Below, in pieces: positions 51,134-60,083 of a stretch of DNA of 64,000 bases. Each line of letters starts with the position of its first letter. The stretch's first letter is position 1. The position numbers were made by a program, and so were the translations under genes. A model generated the notes under the pieces. The model was not told where the DNA came from. It saw nothing but the letters and a program-made list of their open reading frames with translations, and made no database searches. The DNA is taken from IMG/VR virus record IMGVR_UViG_3300023184_000062, positions 1-64,000 of that record. One strand, 5' to 3'. The DNA comes from a virus.

Positions 51134-51583
51134 ATGACAAAAACTTTACACCTTCGTTCCCTTGACATTCCGTCAATTCACAAATTTGCAGTAGGTTTTG
51201 ATAATATGTTTGATGAAATCTTACGTGTTAATGCTCAACAATCTAATTCAAACTATCCCCCGTATAATGTCGTTCAAATCAATGAGGACGAGTTTATGAT
51301 TAGTATCGCAGTGGCTGGATTTGGTCTTGATAATCTTTCGGTAACAAAAGACAAAAACTTTTTAATTATTGAAGGTAAAAACACAATCAAGGAAGAAGAA
51401 ATTGACATTAACTATCTACACAAGGGTATCAGCGCAAGAGATTTCCGTCGTGAATTCAAACTTGCCGACTTTGTAGAGATTGAAAATGCTCATTTAGAAT
51501 TGGGAATTCTTAATGTTCACTTAAAACGTGAAATACCTGAAGAACAAAAGCCCAAGTCTATTGCTATTACCTATACTAAATAG
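51134..51583 (+). CDS. ibpA: Small heat shock protein (IbpA/Hsp20)
   Basis: NYPPYN, AVAGF, YLHKGIS.R.F.R.F.L, PEEQKP. Confidence 0.95.
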   Translation: MTKTLHLRSLDIPSIHKFAVGFDNMFDEILRVNAQQSNSNYPPYNVVQINEDEFMISIAVAGFGLDNLSVTKDKNFLIIEGKNTIKEEEIDINYLHKGISARDFRREFKLADFVEIENAHLELGILNVHLKREIPEEQKPKSIAITYTK

Positions 51584-51597
51584 TATAATAGCATCAT

Positions 51598-51626
51598 GTG
51601 TGTAGTCATAGTGGCTACACACTTTT
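51598..51626 (+). terminator. Hairpin with T-tract
   Basis: GTGTGTAGTCA-TAG-TGGCTACACAC-TTTT. Confidence 0.6.
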
Positions 51627-51648
51627 ATAACTAACAATATAAACTACT

Positions 51649-51954
51649 ATGTCTAAAACAGAAACAAAAATTAAGATCAAGCCTAACCTTGCATTATCCG
51701 AGCCTCCGTTGTTCAAAATCATTTATATCAATGATAATGTAACAAGTATGGAATTTGTCGTAGGTAGTTTAATTGATTACTTTAATTATAACCAAGATAC
51801 TGCACAAACAATTACACATAATATCCATGAAGAAGGTAGTGCAATTGTTGCTGTACTGCCATATGAAATTGCTGAACAAAAGGGTATTGAGGTTACACTT
51901 GATGCACGTAGTCAAGGATTCCCGTTACAAGTGAAAGTTGAAGCTGAGGCTTAA
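51649..51954 (+). CDS. clpS: Clp protease adaptor
   Basis: FKIIYINDNVTSMEFV, IHEEG.A, EIAEQK, FPL. Confidence 0.92.
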   Translation: MSKTETKIKIKPNLALSEPPLFKIIYINDNVTSMEFVVGSLIDYFNYNQDTAQTITHNIHEEGSAIVAVLPYEIAEQKGIEVTLDARSQGFPLQVKVEAEA

Positions 51955-52649
51955 ATTGTAATTGCTATTCGTTTAGCCCAATAGGGGTTTCTTTTGAAAC
52001 TGCTATTATTAATGTAGTTGATATCATTTATATTGGTATCAACTACTTTTTTGTATGTGCCATACAACCAATGCGATACTTTACTTTCTGTATCGGCTAG
52101 TAGTGAAATACTTAAATTAAGTTGAGTATCTATTGTTGAGGGATGTTCGCCAAAGTATAAATCTATACTGGGAACAGAGTTAGAGACTACTACAATACGT
52201 TTAACATCTAAATGTTTTTGTAGTCGTTCAATTGTATTTTTAAGATATAATATATCCTCATTGCGATGAACTTCTATGATGCTAGCGGTTTCATCTTCAT
52301 ATACAGTATTGCCATACCAGCCATTAGCACCAATAACTGCTATGCCATCAATGACAACCACATGATGGTGCATTAATGCTAGATTACGAATATTGCGACA
52401 TGCTTTATGGATTTCTTCAGTTCTTTTTGCAACATCACCTGTATTGTGATATTCTAGTGAACCTAGAGTATAGAATATACCCTGATAGAATTTAGATAAA
52501 TGCGATAAAGTTTGCTTAATCGTGCGTAAATCTTCACTAATGTTTCCTGCTATTATACAGTATAAACTAGTTGCTTTTCCTTCCCAATCAAAACTATCAT
52601 CGGGAGATAGATTTAGGTCACTAATTAAGTCAAACCCTATCGTGGTCAT
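51951..52649 (-). CDS. Calcineurin-like metallophosphoesterase homolog, apparently inactive
   Basis: SDLNL, AGNI, GSLEY, SNSVP, YGTY in place of SDLH/GD/GNHE/HH/HGH. Confidence 0.65.
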   Translation of the reverse strand: MTTIGFDLISDLNLSPDDSFDWEGKATSLYCIIAGNISEDLRTIKQTLSHLSKFYQGIFYTLGSLEYHNTGDVAKRTEEIHKACRNIRNLALMHHHVVVIDGIAVIGANGWYGNTVYEDETASIIEVHRNEDILYLKNTIERLQKHLDVKRIVVVSNSVPSIDLYFGEHPSTIDTQLNLSISLLADTESKVSHWLYGTYKKVVDTNINDINYINNSSFKRNPYWAKRIAITI

Positions 52650-52988
52650 TTATTTTGCAATGCTAATTTTAGGCTTTTTTGCAGCAGCAGGTGCTTTCGC
52701 TTTTGCTGGCGCTTTTGCTGGCGCTTTTTCTGCTTTTGGCTTAGCAGGTGCTTTAGCAGCGGCAGGCTTTGCGGCCTTTGGCTTAGCAGGTGCTTTAGCT
52801 ACAGCAGGAGCCTTTTCAGCTACAACCGGAGCAGCTACAGTGGCAGGAGCAACTACAGCCGGGGCTGGAGTTGGTGCTTCTACTTTGTAGGATGCAGCAG
52901 GTGCCGCTGTCTCGGGGGTCGCTACCGGGGCTGGGGATTCAATCCCGAGTAGACTTTTTAGAAATTTGATCATAATTTTCTCCTTCAT
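52650..52988 (-). CDS. Pro/Ala/Lys-rich histone-like protein
   Basis: AKAPAKPKA repeats; start may be MIKFL. Confidence 0.7.
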   Translation of the reverse strand: MKEKIMIKFLKSLLGIESPAPVATPETAAPAASYKVEAPTPAPAVVAPATVAAPVVAEKAPAVAKAPAKPKAAKPAAAKAPAKPKAEKAPAKAPAKAKAPAAAKKPKISIAK

Positions 52989-53044
52989 AGTATTTACTAT
53001 CGGTTAAGAATTTTATATTTTTTTCTATAGATAAATACTAAACT

Positions 53045-54577
53045 ATGCGTGAACTTATTAATATCATTGAACAACTGAACGAAAGCACTGGACTAGCCGG
53101 GCGTAAACCAGGCGACGTTTTTAAAAACGAAAATGGTGAGGAGGCAATATTTAATGATATTAAATTCTTCCCCGAAGGTGGAGGAAAATACTCGCCTGAA
53201 GAACTGGATCAGGCACTAGGTGAAATTGAACAACAAGTTCCAGGAATTGTTTGGCAAAACAGTCGTTCTGGACGTACAGGTGGATTTGCAATAATCTCAT
53301 TCGGTAACTTTGTTATTGGACAATATCTACAGGAAGTTAAACCTTCTATTACTGATAACAAAGTATCAAATACATTTACAGTAGATGGTGCAACTTATAA
53401 GTTCGGTGGCAAGGCTGCTGCCAAAGCTGATGCAGGATTAAGTCCACAAGATTTGTTAACGGATAAAATTGATTTAACTATTCCAAAGATAATGAATCAG
53501 CTTGCTAGCAGTCTAGGAACTGATAACCCATTATACGCTTTAGCACATAATATCGCAATGGGACAACCATTGCCCATAACATTTGATGCTCCAGAGGGAG
53601 TTAGTTTTACTGCGTTCCGTGATTATTTCTGTGAAATATTACAACCAATAGCATTGCAAAAAGGTCAATACACGGGTAACGCAGGTGAGGCTGCAAATAA
53701 GTTTTTAGGTGGATCATTCCAAAAAACATTAATCAGTTTTGATGATAGCAAAACCGCAGGACTAAGCGATAGTGTTATGTCTACTAGAGATGGTCGTAGC
53801 GTACTGGTAAGTACTAAAGGTGGCAAAGGTGCTACCGCTAGCGCATCAAACTTAATTGACCAAATTGATAAGATTGCAGAAACGCCAGATGGTGGAAAAT
53901 TCTTAAACAAACACAAACAAATAGTTGACTTACTACGTGAGATACAAGATGCAGGGCAAGCAGGTGCTCCATTAATGTTGGGTGTAAGATATGGTATCAT
54001 CAGTCCTGATGATGCTGAAATGATTAGAGCATTTAAAAAGTTAAGTCCAGTTAGCTTAGACAATCTTGGTCAACTTGGTCTTAGCGAGAACTTAACAAAA
54101 TTGGCACAATCACGTAACACAGATGATCCAGATAATGTAAACTTATATTATCACTTGATGGCAGCAGTGGCACACAAAGCTGCTGAGGAAGTTAATGACA
54201 AAACTAAATTCAGTTCTGCTGCTGCTGATATATTAAACAACGGTGCATTAGTGCAAATGTATACCAAAGCAAATGAGGGCAAAGGTAAATGGACCTTGCA
54301 AGAATTCAATACAGTTTATCCAGGTAAAAGCATCAAGGGTGTTTATCTCTCAGCAGGTAAAACATATTACAGCACTGGAATAAAGGGTAACTATACATTC
54401 AAAATTGATAAAGGTTCAGGTAAACCCAAAGATGATGAAGAAACAACTAGCACACCTGCAGCAAGAGTAAAACGTGAAAAAAATGCAGGTAAAGATGAGT
54501 TAGCAACATCAGCAAGAGATATTGTTAATCCTGTTAATAAGCCAAGAGAAACTGGCACTAGGACTAAACGTAAATAA
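53045..54577 (+). CDS. Late probable head protein with putative PD-(D/E)xK nuclease domain
   Basis: MRELINIIEQLNE leader; DYFCEIL...GLSDS...VLVSTKG. Confidence 0.55.
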   Translation: MRELINIIEQLNESTGLAGRKPGDVFKNENGEEAIFNDIKFFPEGGGKYSPEELDQALGEIEQQVPGIVWQNSRSGRTGGFAIISFGNFVIGQYLQEVKPSITDNKVSNTFTVDGATYKFGGKAAAKADAGLSPQDLLTDKIDLTIPKIMNQLASSLGTDNPLYALAHNIAMGQPLPITFDAPEGVSFTAFRDYFCEILQPIALQKGQYTGNAGEAANKFLGGSFQKTLISFDDSKTAGLSDSVMSTRDGRSVLVSTKGGKGATASASNLIDQIDKIAETPDGGKFLNKHKQIVDLLREIQDAGQAGAPLMLGVRYGIISPDDAEMIRAFKKLSPVSLDNLGQLGLSENLTKLAQSRNTDDPDNVNLYYHLMAAVAHKAAEEVNDKTKFSSAAADILNNGALVQMYTKANEGKGKWTLQEFNTVYPGKSIKGVYLSAGKTYYSTGIKGNYTFKIDKGSGKPKDDEETTSTPAARVKREKNAGKDELATSARDIVNPVNKPRETGTRTKRK

Positions 54578-54590
54578 GTAGGAGGTTATC

Positions 54591-55319
54591 GTGGCAACTT
54601 GTAAATTTGACTGGTCATCAATAAATCGCTACGAGTTAAACGATTACATTTGGTCGATGCATCCTAAAGTAATTAACAAAGAAATGACTATTGCAAATTT
54701 CCATAGACTAGTAGGAAATCACATAAAGAAACATATCCCTATTAAATTAAAAAAATGGAGAGATAGTGATGTTGAAAACAATTGCACTTGGGTCGGTGGT
54801 GCTTACTACAGTGATTTAGATAAACAAAAACAAAAATCAATTGAATTAGTACTTGTTTATAAGAGTAGAGAAAATTCAATTAAGATAACTCCACTTAATT
54901 TTCAAAGGTCATGTCGTACTATTACTCATACAATAATGCATGAAATAATTCATATGCGACAATATCGCCGTAGAAAATTTAAAGAGTTACCCGATTATAA
55001 TAGCACCGCTAAAAAAACAGAGCAACGAGAAGAACAATCTTATCTTGGATGTAGTGATGAGATTGATGCGTATGGATTCAATATAGCCTGTGAATTGTTA
55101 TGGAAATTCAATAATGACACGGATAAAGTAATTTCATACCTCAATGAGGACCAAAGAGGTAAACGCAGAAAACATAACAGTTGGAGATTGTATTTAAAAG
55201 CATTCAATCACGACCACGAGCATCCAATCATAAAACGGGTAAAACAAAAGGTTGTACGATACTTACCAAATGCAATGTATGGTAAACCCTATCGCAATAA
55301 AGATTGGATAAATCATTAA
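54591..55319 (+). CDS. Zincin-like metallopeptidase (HExxH)
   Basis: MHEIIHMRQ...Y....DEIDAY. Confidence 0.7.
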   Translation: MATCKFDWSSINRYELNDYIWSMHPKVINKEMTIANFHRLVGNHIKKHIPIKLKKWRDSDVENNCTWVGGAYYSDLDKQKQKSIELVLVYKSRENSIKITPLNFQRSCRTITHTIMHEIIHMRQYRRRKFKELPDYNSTAKKTEQREEQSYLGCSDEIDAYGFNIACELLWKFNNDTDKVISYLNEDQRGKRRKHNSWRLYLKAFNHDHEHPIIKRVKQKVVRYLPNAMYGKPYRNKDWINH

Positions 55320-55376
55320 CCATAATAGTTGCAACTAGCTAAATTTTCTGTTATACTTACAATTTTAAGGAAGTAT

Positions 55377-55964
55377 ATGAGTTTAGTACCAATGGTTTTA
55401 GAACAAACAAGCAAAGGTGAGCGTAGTTACGATATCTACAGCCGCATGTTGCGTGACCGTGTCATTTTGCTTGAGGGCGAAGTACATGACCAAATGGCAA
55501 ATCTTATTGTTGCCCAATTACTTTACTTAGAAAGTGAAGGAGCAAAGGATATCAGTCTTTATATCAACAGCCCTGGTGGTAGTGTAACTGCTGGTATGGC
55601 AATCTATGACTGTATGCAATTCATTAAACCTGATATTATGACTATCGTTATGGGTCAAGCATGTAGCATGGGTAGTTTGCTAGCACAAGCAGGTAGTAAA
55701 GGTAAGCGTTACATGTTACCCAATGCAAGGCACATGATTCATCAGCCGAGCGGTGGCGCACGTGGTCAAGCTACCGATATGCTTATTCAAGTAGAAGAAA
55801 TCCTTGAGATGAAAAGGAACCTTACCAATATCTATGTTAAACACAATAGTGCAGGAAAGACGTTTGAACAATTGACACAGGATATGGAACGTGATAACTT
55901 TATGTCAGCGGACCAAGCTGTTGCGTATGGGTTAGCTGATATTGTGATGGAAAAACGAGAATAA
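55377..55964 (+). CDS. clpP: ATP-dependent Clp protease proteolytic subunit
   Basis: [33 protein letters not shown]. Confidence 0.97.
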   Translation: MSLVPMVLEQTSKGERSYDIYSRMLRDRVILLEGEVHDQMANLIVAQLLYLESEGAKDISLYINSPGGSVTAGMAIYDCMQFIKPDIMTIVMGQACSMGSLLAQAGSKGKRYMLPNARHMIHQPSGGARGQATDMLIQVEEILEMKRNLTNIYVKHNSAGKTFEQLTQDMERDNFMSADQAVAYGLADIVMEKRE

Positions 55965-56042
55965 GTTGATTAATTATCCTGTTTCATTGACTTTCTTGCC
56001 AAACTACTGTAAAATTCTATACTTAACTTAATAGGAGTACCT

Positions 56043-57956
56043 ATGCTTTATTACAATCTTGGCCCATCAAGTGTTAACACAACTTATGCCCCATTAACAA
56101 TTCAACAAATTGTTGATAGGGCTACATTAGATTCGGAACAACTACATCATTTATATAATGTAGTATTGTACAAACTTTCAACTTCTGCAGGTAAGACAGT
56201 CATCTTGCCGGCCCCAATGGGTTCAGGCAAGTCACATACATTGTTTAATGCTACTATTTTTGGTGCAATACATGATGACCCTAAATTAAGACTTGTACTG
56301 ATTGTTAATCCAAGGGAAGAATTGGTATCAAATGTTTCAAGTAGTCTAGCAAAATTTGCTAACAAACAATTAGTTTGTGTGGACGGATCTGAAAAATATA
56401 TTGATGTTGACGACCAAGAACAATTTGCAGATAGATTGGATCTTCTAGCAAGAACTAGACCGCAAAAGCGTGACGATCCTGAGTCAGTAGTTATAGCATC
56501 GGTTAGCATTCAATGGCTTACTAATCATCATAAGCGTATATGTAAGCTATTTACATATGGATTAGTTATTTTTGATGAAGTGCATGTGGGATTAAAGATT
56601 GCGTCAAAGAATAGTATTTGGGATGATTCAGGTCGCTATCCTAGTAAGGCATTTAAACAAACATGGGTTCCCATGATGAATGAAATTGCCACTAGTGGTT
56701 GGAAATGTCTAGGTATTACAGCGACTCCAAGTGCAAGTCATCAAGGTCTTACTGCTGACGGATTGAAAATGTTTGAGTTGATATCTGATGTTATGCCAAA
56801 GCGTAGGGAAAAGAATTGCTTTCCCAAATTACATTGGTATGCTACATTAGAAGAAGTACTTGATGGTTGGAAAGAATTTTGGCTCAATCATATTAATGAT
56901 ACAGAAAAACTAATCAGCAGTATAGATACTGAAACTTGGGATAAAGCAAAAGAGATCGGTATCTATCCCAAGATGCCAATCTCAATGGTTAAAGCAGGTA
57001 GCATTATTGCTTCAAATAGTATTTCACTATTAGGAAATGATCAGGGCCTTTTTGGTAGAAGTACATTGAAGGATAACTTACACGATTACCATCGTGCGTT
57101 GGGAAAGCCAAACATGTTTGCAGTAAATTCTTCTGACTTCAAGTACTTTGAAAAACGAAAGAATTCAAACTATGGCATTACACACGGGTATCAGTTGTCT
57201 GATGTAATTTATGAATTTAATGATGATGCTAATGCATTGTATAGTGCTATCTTGCCAGTTATTAACACGGGTATTGTAGGTGTAAGTATCCCTAGATTGA
57301 CTACATTGGCATACTTGTCGGACCCTAAGAATCCCGGCGAGATTGTTGATTCGCAAATTCAAACATTGGGTAGACTTAATCGTTTCATTGTTAGTGGTAT
57401 GCGTTCACATGAAGAAATGCGTGACCAAATCAATTCACTTGATATTTCAGTATCTCAAAAAATTGCATTGTGTCAGTATATGGTTCATTTTTCTACAAAT
57501 CACATTTTTGCAATTGATACTGAATTGATGCACAATGCGGTGTTTGAATATGTTGAAGATACGTTTACACCTGATGAAGGGTTGGCTTATTATATCGGTG
57601 CGATGACTGCACATAGTCCAACTTTTAAAAAGCCACACATCAGTCTGGGATATAATCCCGGTTCACAGAATCAACAGTACAAAAAAGATTACTGTGAACA
57701 TTGCACACGGTTAGGTTTAGTAAATGAACACGGTGTTACTTATTGTAAAATTCTAGGACGCACTCTTGCTGAAGATATTGCAAAGCGTAAACTTTCTGAT
57801 GCAGAATTTGAAAAACATTGGAAAGATGCATTGAAGTTGGATCATATTAATAGTAGGCGCGATGACAATCGTCCTGAAAATCATTGCACTAGATGCGGCA
57901 TTAGTGATGCACTTAAAACATTAATCTGCCTTGATTATTTAACTAGTTACAAGTAA
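56043..57956 (+). CDS. SF2 (DExH) helicase fused to C-terminal HNH nuclease
   Basis: APMGSGKS, FDEVH, TATP, QTLGRLNR; CEHC...LDHINSRRDDNRPEN...C. Confidence 0.75.
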   Translation: MLYYNLGPSSVNTTYAPLTIQQIVDRATLDSEQLHHLYNVVLYKLSTSAGKTVILPAPMGSGKSHTLFNATIFGAIHDDPKLRLVLIVNPREELVSNVSSSLAKFANKQLVCVDGSEKYIDVDDQEQFADRLDLLARTRPQKRDDPESVVIASVSIQWLTNHHKRICKLFTYGLVIFDEVHVGLKIASKNSIWDDSGRYPSKAFKQTWVPMMNEIATSGWKCLGITATPSASHQGLTADGLKMFELISDVMPKRREKNCFPKLHWYATLEEVLDGWKEFWLNHINDTEKLISSIDTETWDKAKEIGIYPKMPISMVKAGSIIASNSISLLGNDQGLFGRSTLKDNLHDYHRALGKPNMFAVNSSDFKYFEKRKNSNYGITHGYQLSDVIYEFNDDANALYSAILPVINTGIVGVSIPRLTTLAYLSDPKNPGEIVDSQIQTLGRLNRFIVSGMRSHEEMRDQINSLDISVSQKIALCQYMVHFSTNHIFAIDTELMHNAVFEYVEDTFTPDEGLAYYIGAMTAHSPTFKKPHISLGYNPGSQNQQYKKDYCEHCTRLGLVNEHGVTYCKILGRTLAEDIAKRKLSDAEFEKHWKDALKLDHINSRRDDNRPENHCTRCGISDALKTLICLDYLTSYK

Positions 57957-57960
57957 TACA

Positions 57961-58185
57961 ATGGAAGACTTTCTTAAACGAAAATTAAATATAGGGGATA
58001 GTGTGATATTCATACCACCCTATAGTAAAACAATGACACTGGGCCGTGTCGTTGCTTTCAGTCCCAAAATGGTTCGTGTAGTGTATCACGGTTGGCGTAA
58101 TGAAGAACATGAATCTAGTCGCTATCCTAAAGAACTTGTCAGAGTAGACGGACCAGACCTAACTATGTATTTGCTCAAAAAATAA
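57961..58185 (+). CDS. SH3/KOW-like hypothetical protein
   Basis: DFL.RKLNIGDSV. Confidence 0.6.
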   Translation: MEDFLKRKLNIGDSVIFIPPYSKTMTLGRVVAFSPKMVRVVYHGWRNEEHESSRYPKELVRVDGPDLTMYLLKK

Positions 58186-58232
58186 GCAAAATAAAGGTTG
58201 ACAATAAATCATTTTGGGTATATAATACATGT

Positions 58233-58457
58233 ATGCTTAAAAATGATACACTACAATGGGGCGGGGTTTTCTTTGTTATCGCAGGGCATTTGCTCAATGC
58301 GATGGGAAATATGGACCCTTACAATATAATTGCTTTTGCTTTTGGGACGATTTTCTTCCTAATTTGGGCGTTGCGTGTCCGCAACAACCCCCAAATTCTG
58401 GTGAATATTGTCTCAATCGCCATTTGTGCTAGTGGCTTATTCAGGGCCGCGACTTGA
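58233..58457 (+). CDS. Small three-TM membrane protein
   Basis: Hydrophobic ORF, leaderless-like after promoter. Confidence 0.6.
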   Translation: MLKNDTLQWGGVFFVIAGHLLNAMGNMDPYNIIAFAFGTIFFLIWALRVRNNPQILVNIVSIAICASGLFRAAT

Positions 58458-58515
58458 CATTAAATGGTTTTGGGTATATAATATAGACTTAGACAGTTAA
58501 GAACAGGACTAGAAA

Positions 58516-58788
58516 ATGCGTACAAAAACAGTGATTGAAGGCTTCAAAAATTCACAAAAATTCCGTGTGATTTTCAAGGGCGATGGCTCCGAGAACGACA
58601 TTGGAATGTATATGACGGTCAAGCAAATGACCGAGCAATTTGCTACAGTTAACGCCCGCGTATTGTGCTGGGATGCAGTACAACAGTTGGCAAACATGCG
58701 TTATTTTGCTAAGGTTGACGGAAAACCAGTGCCCTCCGGACTTGGAACTACGATTCGGGGCAAGCAAATTCAAGTGGACCTAGTATAA
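58516..58788 (+). CDS. Early hypothetical protein
   Basis: ORF after promoter. Confidence 0.65.
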   Translation: MRTKTVIEGFKNSQKFRVIFKGDGSENDIGMYMTVKQMTEQFATVNARVLCWDAVQQLANMRYFAKVDGKPVPSGLGTTIRGKQIQVDLV

Positions 58789-59006
58789 TGTACAATTTAC
58801 TTTACATGGTTGTGGTAGCCCAGTCGCAAATGACATTTTTTCTGGGCAGTTACAATGATTTAAACAGTTGTCAGAATGCTATCCACGAAATTTACGCAAC
58901 CAGACTAAATTTACCTAATCAACGCAACCCTGATTTGGAGAAAATTATCCAAAAACAGATGGAATTAAACCGAGAATTTGTCTGTATTCCGGTGAAAAAA
59001 GGTTGA
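58788..59006 (+). CDS. Hypothetical protein
   Basis: ORF. Confidence 0.55.
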   Translation: MYNLLYMVVVAQSQMTFFLGSYNDLNSCQNAIHEIYATRLNLPNQRNPDLEKIIQKQMELNREFVCIPVKKG

Positions 59007-59064
59007 CATTAAATGGGTTTGGGTATATAATACAATCTTAGACAGTTAATTAAAGGACAAGAAA

Positions 59065-59382
59065 ATGACAGATACAGAATTTGACACTAAATTTGACTAC
59101 TACGAGACCGTTCGTGAGGAACTAGGATTGAGTGCTATTTGGTCTATCTTTGAAGTAGAAAATCTCAGCGAACCCCATCCGTTCAAGGATGCAAAAATTG
59201 TTTCTTACAAGGTCTATCATGGTAAGGAATATCAGATTGAAATCAATGGTTCTACATGGGCCGCATTGTATGTTGCGGCTAATGCTGTTATTCGTGATAG
59301 CCGTGACTATCATGTTTTCATTGAAGCCTTCACCCCGAATGGTAAAAACCCTGAAATCCTAGAATTGCACACTGGTTCTTAA
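59065..59382 (+). CDS. Early hypothetical protein
   Basis: ORF after promoter. Confidence 0.7.
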   Translation: MTDTEFDTKFDYYETVREELGLSAIWSIFEVENLSEPHPFKDAKIVSYKVYHGKEYQIEINGSTWAALYVAANAVIRDSRDYHVFIEAFTPNGKNPEILELHTGS

Positions 59383-59448
59383 TAGTTGACAATAAATGGT
59401 TTTGGGTATATAATAGAGTCTTAATCAGTTAATTACAGGAGTTTGAAA

Positions 59449-59877
59449 ATGGGTACACGTTCACGAATTGGTGTTATGCATGGTGACAAACTGAAAAGCG
59501 TTTACTGTCATTGGGATGGTTATCTGTCAAACAACGGCAAGATCCTGCAAGCACACTATGATAGTGCTAAGGCAAATCATCTGGTATCGCTAGGCGACTT
59601 GTCTAGCTTGGGTACTACTATTGGCGAAAAGCATGACTTTGATACTCGCACCGATTGTTGCACTTTCTACGGCCGTGATCGTGAGGAAACTGGTGTTGAC
59701 TTTACTGTGGATCAATCGTATGACGAGTTTTTGAGCAAGGATTATGATTACGAGTACTACTACATTATGAACGATGGTGTATGGTATGTTGGTGTTGCGT
59801 ATGAGGTTGACGGCATGGTGCCTGGACAACTGTATGTATTGGCTGAGCAATTGGCTAAGTTAACAGAGGAAGAATAA
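59449..59877 (+). CDS. Conserved phage protein (MGTRS..YCHWDGY family)
   Basis: SVYCHWDGY...G..L..HY, FYGRDR.E. Confidence 0.75.
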   Translation: MGTRSRIGVMHGDKLKSVYCHWDGYLSNNGKILQAHYDSAKANHLVSLGDLSSLGTTIGEKHDFDTRTDCCTFYGRDREETGVDFTVDQSYDEFLSKDYDYEYYYIMNDGVWYVGVAYEVDGMVPGQLYVLAEQLAKLTEEE

Positions 59878-60083
59878 TGAACGAACGAATTAAACAACTG
59901 TTGATCCAATCAGAGGTCTTTAACAAAGACGGCACTGTACTGAAAGATGTGTGTGGATATGAATTGAATAAGTTCGCCGAGTTGATTGTGCAGAAATGTG
60001 CTGATATCGGTGAACGGTATGCTGACGGCAACTACGAAGTTCGTAATCAGATTATGGCACATTTTGGATTGGAAGAAGCATAA
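59877..60083 (+). CDS. Small MNERI/KFAELIV family protein
   Basis: MNERIKQL..KFAELIVQKC..HFG. Confidence 0.65.
   Translation: MNERIKQLLIQSEVFNKDGTVLKDVCGYELNKFAELIVQKCADIGERYADGNYEVRNQIMAHFGLEEA

Larger units (their letters stand above)
4521..53037. promoter_or_regulatory. Recurrent T4-like late promoter TAAATA upstream of many genes
   Basis: + strand 4521, 5072, 15211, 17508, 37535 (TATAAATA), 42365, 46207, 51066, 53032; - strand 26478, 36829, 52991. Confidence 0.65.
58198..59414 (+). promoter_or_regulatory. Four near-identical sigma70 early promoters
   Basis: TTGACA-17-TATAAT at 58198, 58454, 59003, 59386, each with (T/G)TTTGGGTA before -10. Confidence 0.9.
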
